Source: an uncultured Chloroflexia bacterium (GTDB lineage Bacteria; Chloroflexota; Limnocylindria; Limnocylindrales; CSP1-4). From it: DNA of 64,000 bases. The position numbers and the translations under genes are program-made. Where the stretch lies: the NCBI GenBank assembly GCA_963763775.1, contig CAVXPZ010000001.1, forward strand, positions 544,001-608,000, in the 5' to 3' direction. Positions 63,326-64,000 of this stretch are shown one piece after another. A model generated the notes under the pieces. The model did not search any database, was not told the origin of the DNA, and saw only the letters and a program-made list of their open reading frames with translations. Numbering within the stretch: the stretch's first letter is position 1; every line of letters starts with the position of its first letter.

Positions 63326-63401
63326 TGGCGCCCCCGGACGGATTCGAACCGCCGACGCCAGCCTTAGGACGGCTGCGCTCTATCCACTGAGCTACGGGGG
63401 C
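63326..63401 (-). tRNA. tRNA-Arg(CCT)
   Basis: GCCCCCG...CAGCC-GTCCTAA-GGCTG...GGTTCGAATCC...CGGGGGCGCCA, 76 nt, A20 present. Confidence 0.95.
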
Positions 63402-63547
63402 GCGGATCGCATCGTACCGCGTGCATCCGATGCCCCAGGGAACCGAACCTTCCCCAGGGGCGTCACGGCGCCATGGCCGCCGCACCTCCCGCGGCGGCCT
63501 GTTGCTGCCGGGCCCGAACGGCACCCTCGCCTACAATCGCGGACGAG

Positions 63548-63826
63548 ATGGCCGTCACTCCCCTTCCCGACCTGATCCTGTACTCCCGGCCGGCATGCGA
63601 CCTGTGCAACGAGACACGGGCGATCCTCAAGGCCCTGCTCGCCGAGCGCACCGCGTTCGCGATGCCGACCCCGACCCTCGTCGAGCGCGACATCGAGAGC
63701 GATCCGGCTTGGGAGCGCGCGTACTTCACCTCGATCCCGGTCGTCGAATTCGGTGCGCGGCGCCTCGAACTGGCGACCAGTGCCGCGAAGCTCCGGCGTC
63801 TCCTGACCGACGTCCTGGACACCTGA
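63548..63826 (+). CDS. Glutaredoxin-like protein (DUF836)
   Basis: LYSRPACDLC, ERDI, IPVV; TACAAT 10 nt before ATG. Confidence 0.85.
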   Translation: MAVTPLPDLILYSRPACDLCNETRAILKALLAERTAFAMPTPTLVERDIESDPAWERAYFTSIPVVEFGARRLELATSAAKLRRLLTDVLDT

Positions 63827-63830
63827 CGTC

Positions 63831-64000
63831 GTGGACGGCACGAACCTCACGATCCTCGTGGCACTCGTCGCGGGGGTGGTCAGCTTCCTCTCCCCGTGCG
63901 TGCTGCCGCTGGTGCCCGCCTACCTCGGGCAGCTGACCGCGATCGCTGTCGCGGGAGCCGCGCCCGGCGCCGCACCATCGCGCTGGCTGGCGATGCGTCA
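63831..64000 (+). CDS. ccdA: Cytochrome c biogenesis CcdA family (partial)
   Basis: Manual translation: VDGTNLTILVALVAGVVSFLSPCVLPLVPAYLG. Confidence 0.88.
   Translation, partial: MDGTNLTILVALVAGVVSFLSPCVLPLVPAYLGQLTAIAVAGAAPGAAPSRWLAMR

Larger units (their letters stand above)
56532..63347. mobile_element. Tandem integrase-less genomic islets at tRNA-Arg(CCT): ~1.4 kb + ~5.4 kb
   Basis: Three direct copies of the tRNA 3' end; visibly more A/T-ending codons in two of the cargo genes; no integrase recognised. Confidence 0.72.

Noticed and set aside
56532-63347. CRISPR array or prophage from the repeated 16-22-mer
   Set aside because: Repeats are kilobases apart and match the tRNA end; no cas or phage genes

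Overview
High-GC bacterial chromosomal window. Gene content and style suggest Chloroflexota, possibly Limnocylindria/Ellin6529-like (inference only). The first ~31 kb is housekeeping: recA, tgt, ruvCAB split by an Rrf2 gene, yebC, an EF-G2 paralogue, a his cluster with a TrpR/YerC (HisR-type) regulator, tyrS, a class A PBP, mutS2-mpg-cvpA, pheST, rplT-rpmI-infC, and thrS with a T-box and tRNA-Val. About 31-56 kb holds metabolic, envelope and regulatory genes. About 56.5-63.4 kb is a tandem pair of integrase-less islets bounded by copies of the tRNA-Arg(CCT) 3' end. Many genes, including essential thrS and pheT, carry single-base indels, so frameshifts and apparent fusions such as RuvB-Tgt are most likely long-read or assembly errors. 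Best leads: (1) the tRNA-Arg att array, whose two islets share a second conserved ~45-bp motif; (2) an unnamed ~135-nt structured RNA at ~43 kb; (3) a CysRS-C-terminal-domain/degenerate GT2 fusion coupled to a kinase; (4) a TGT with a queuine-type pocket; (5) an 8-bp-periodic candidate HisR operator; (6) an unannotated 55-aa basic protein upstream of recA.
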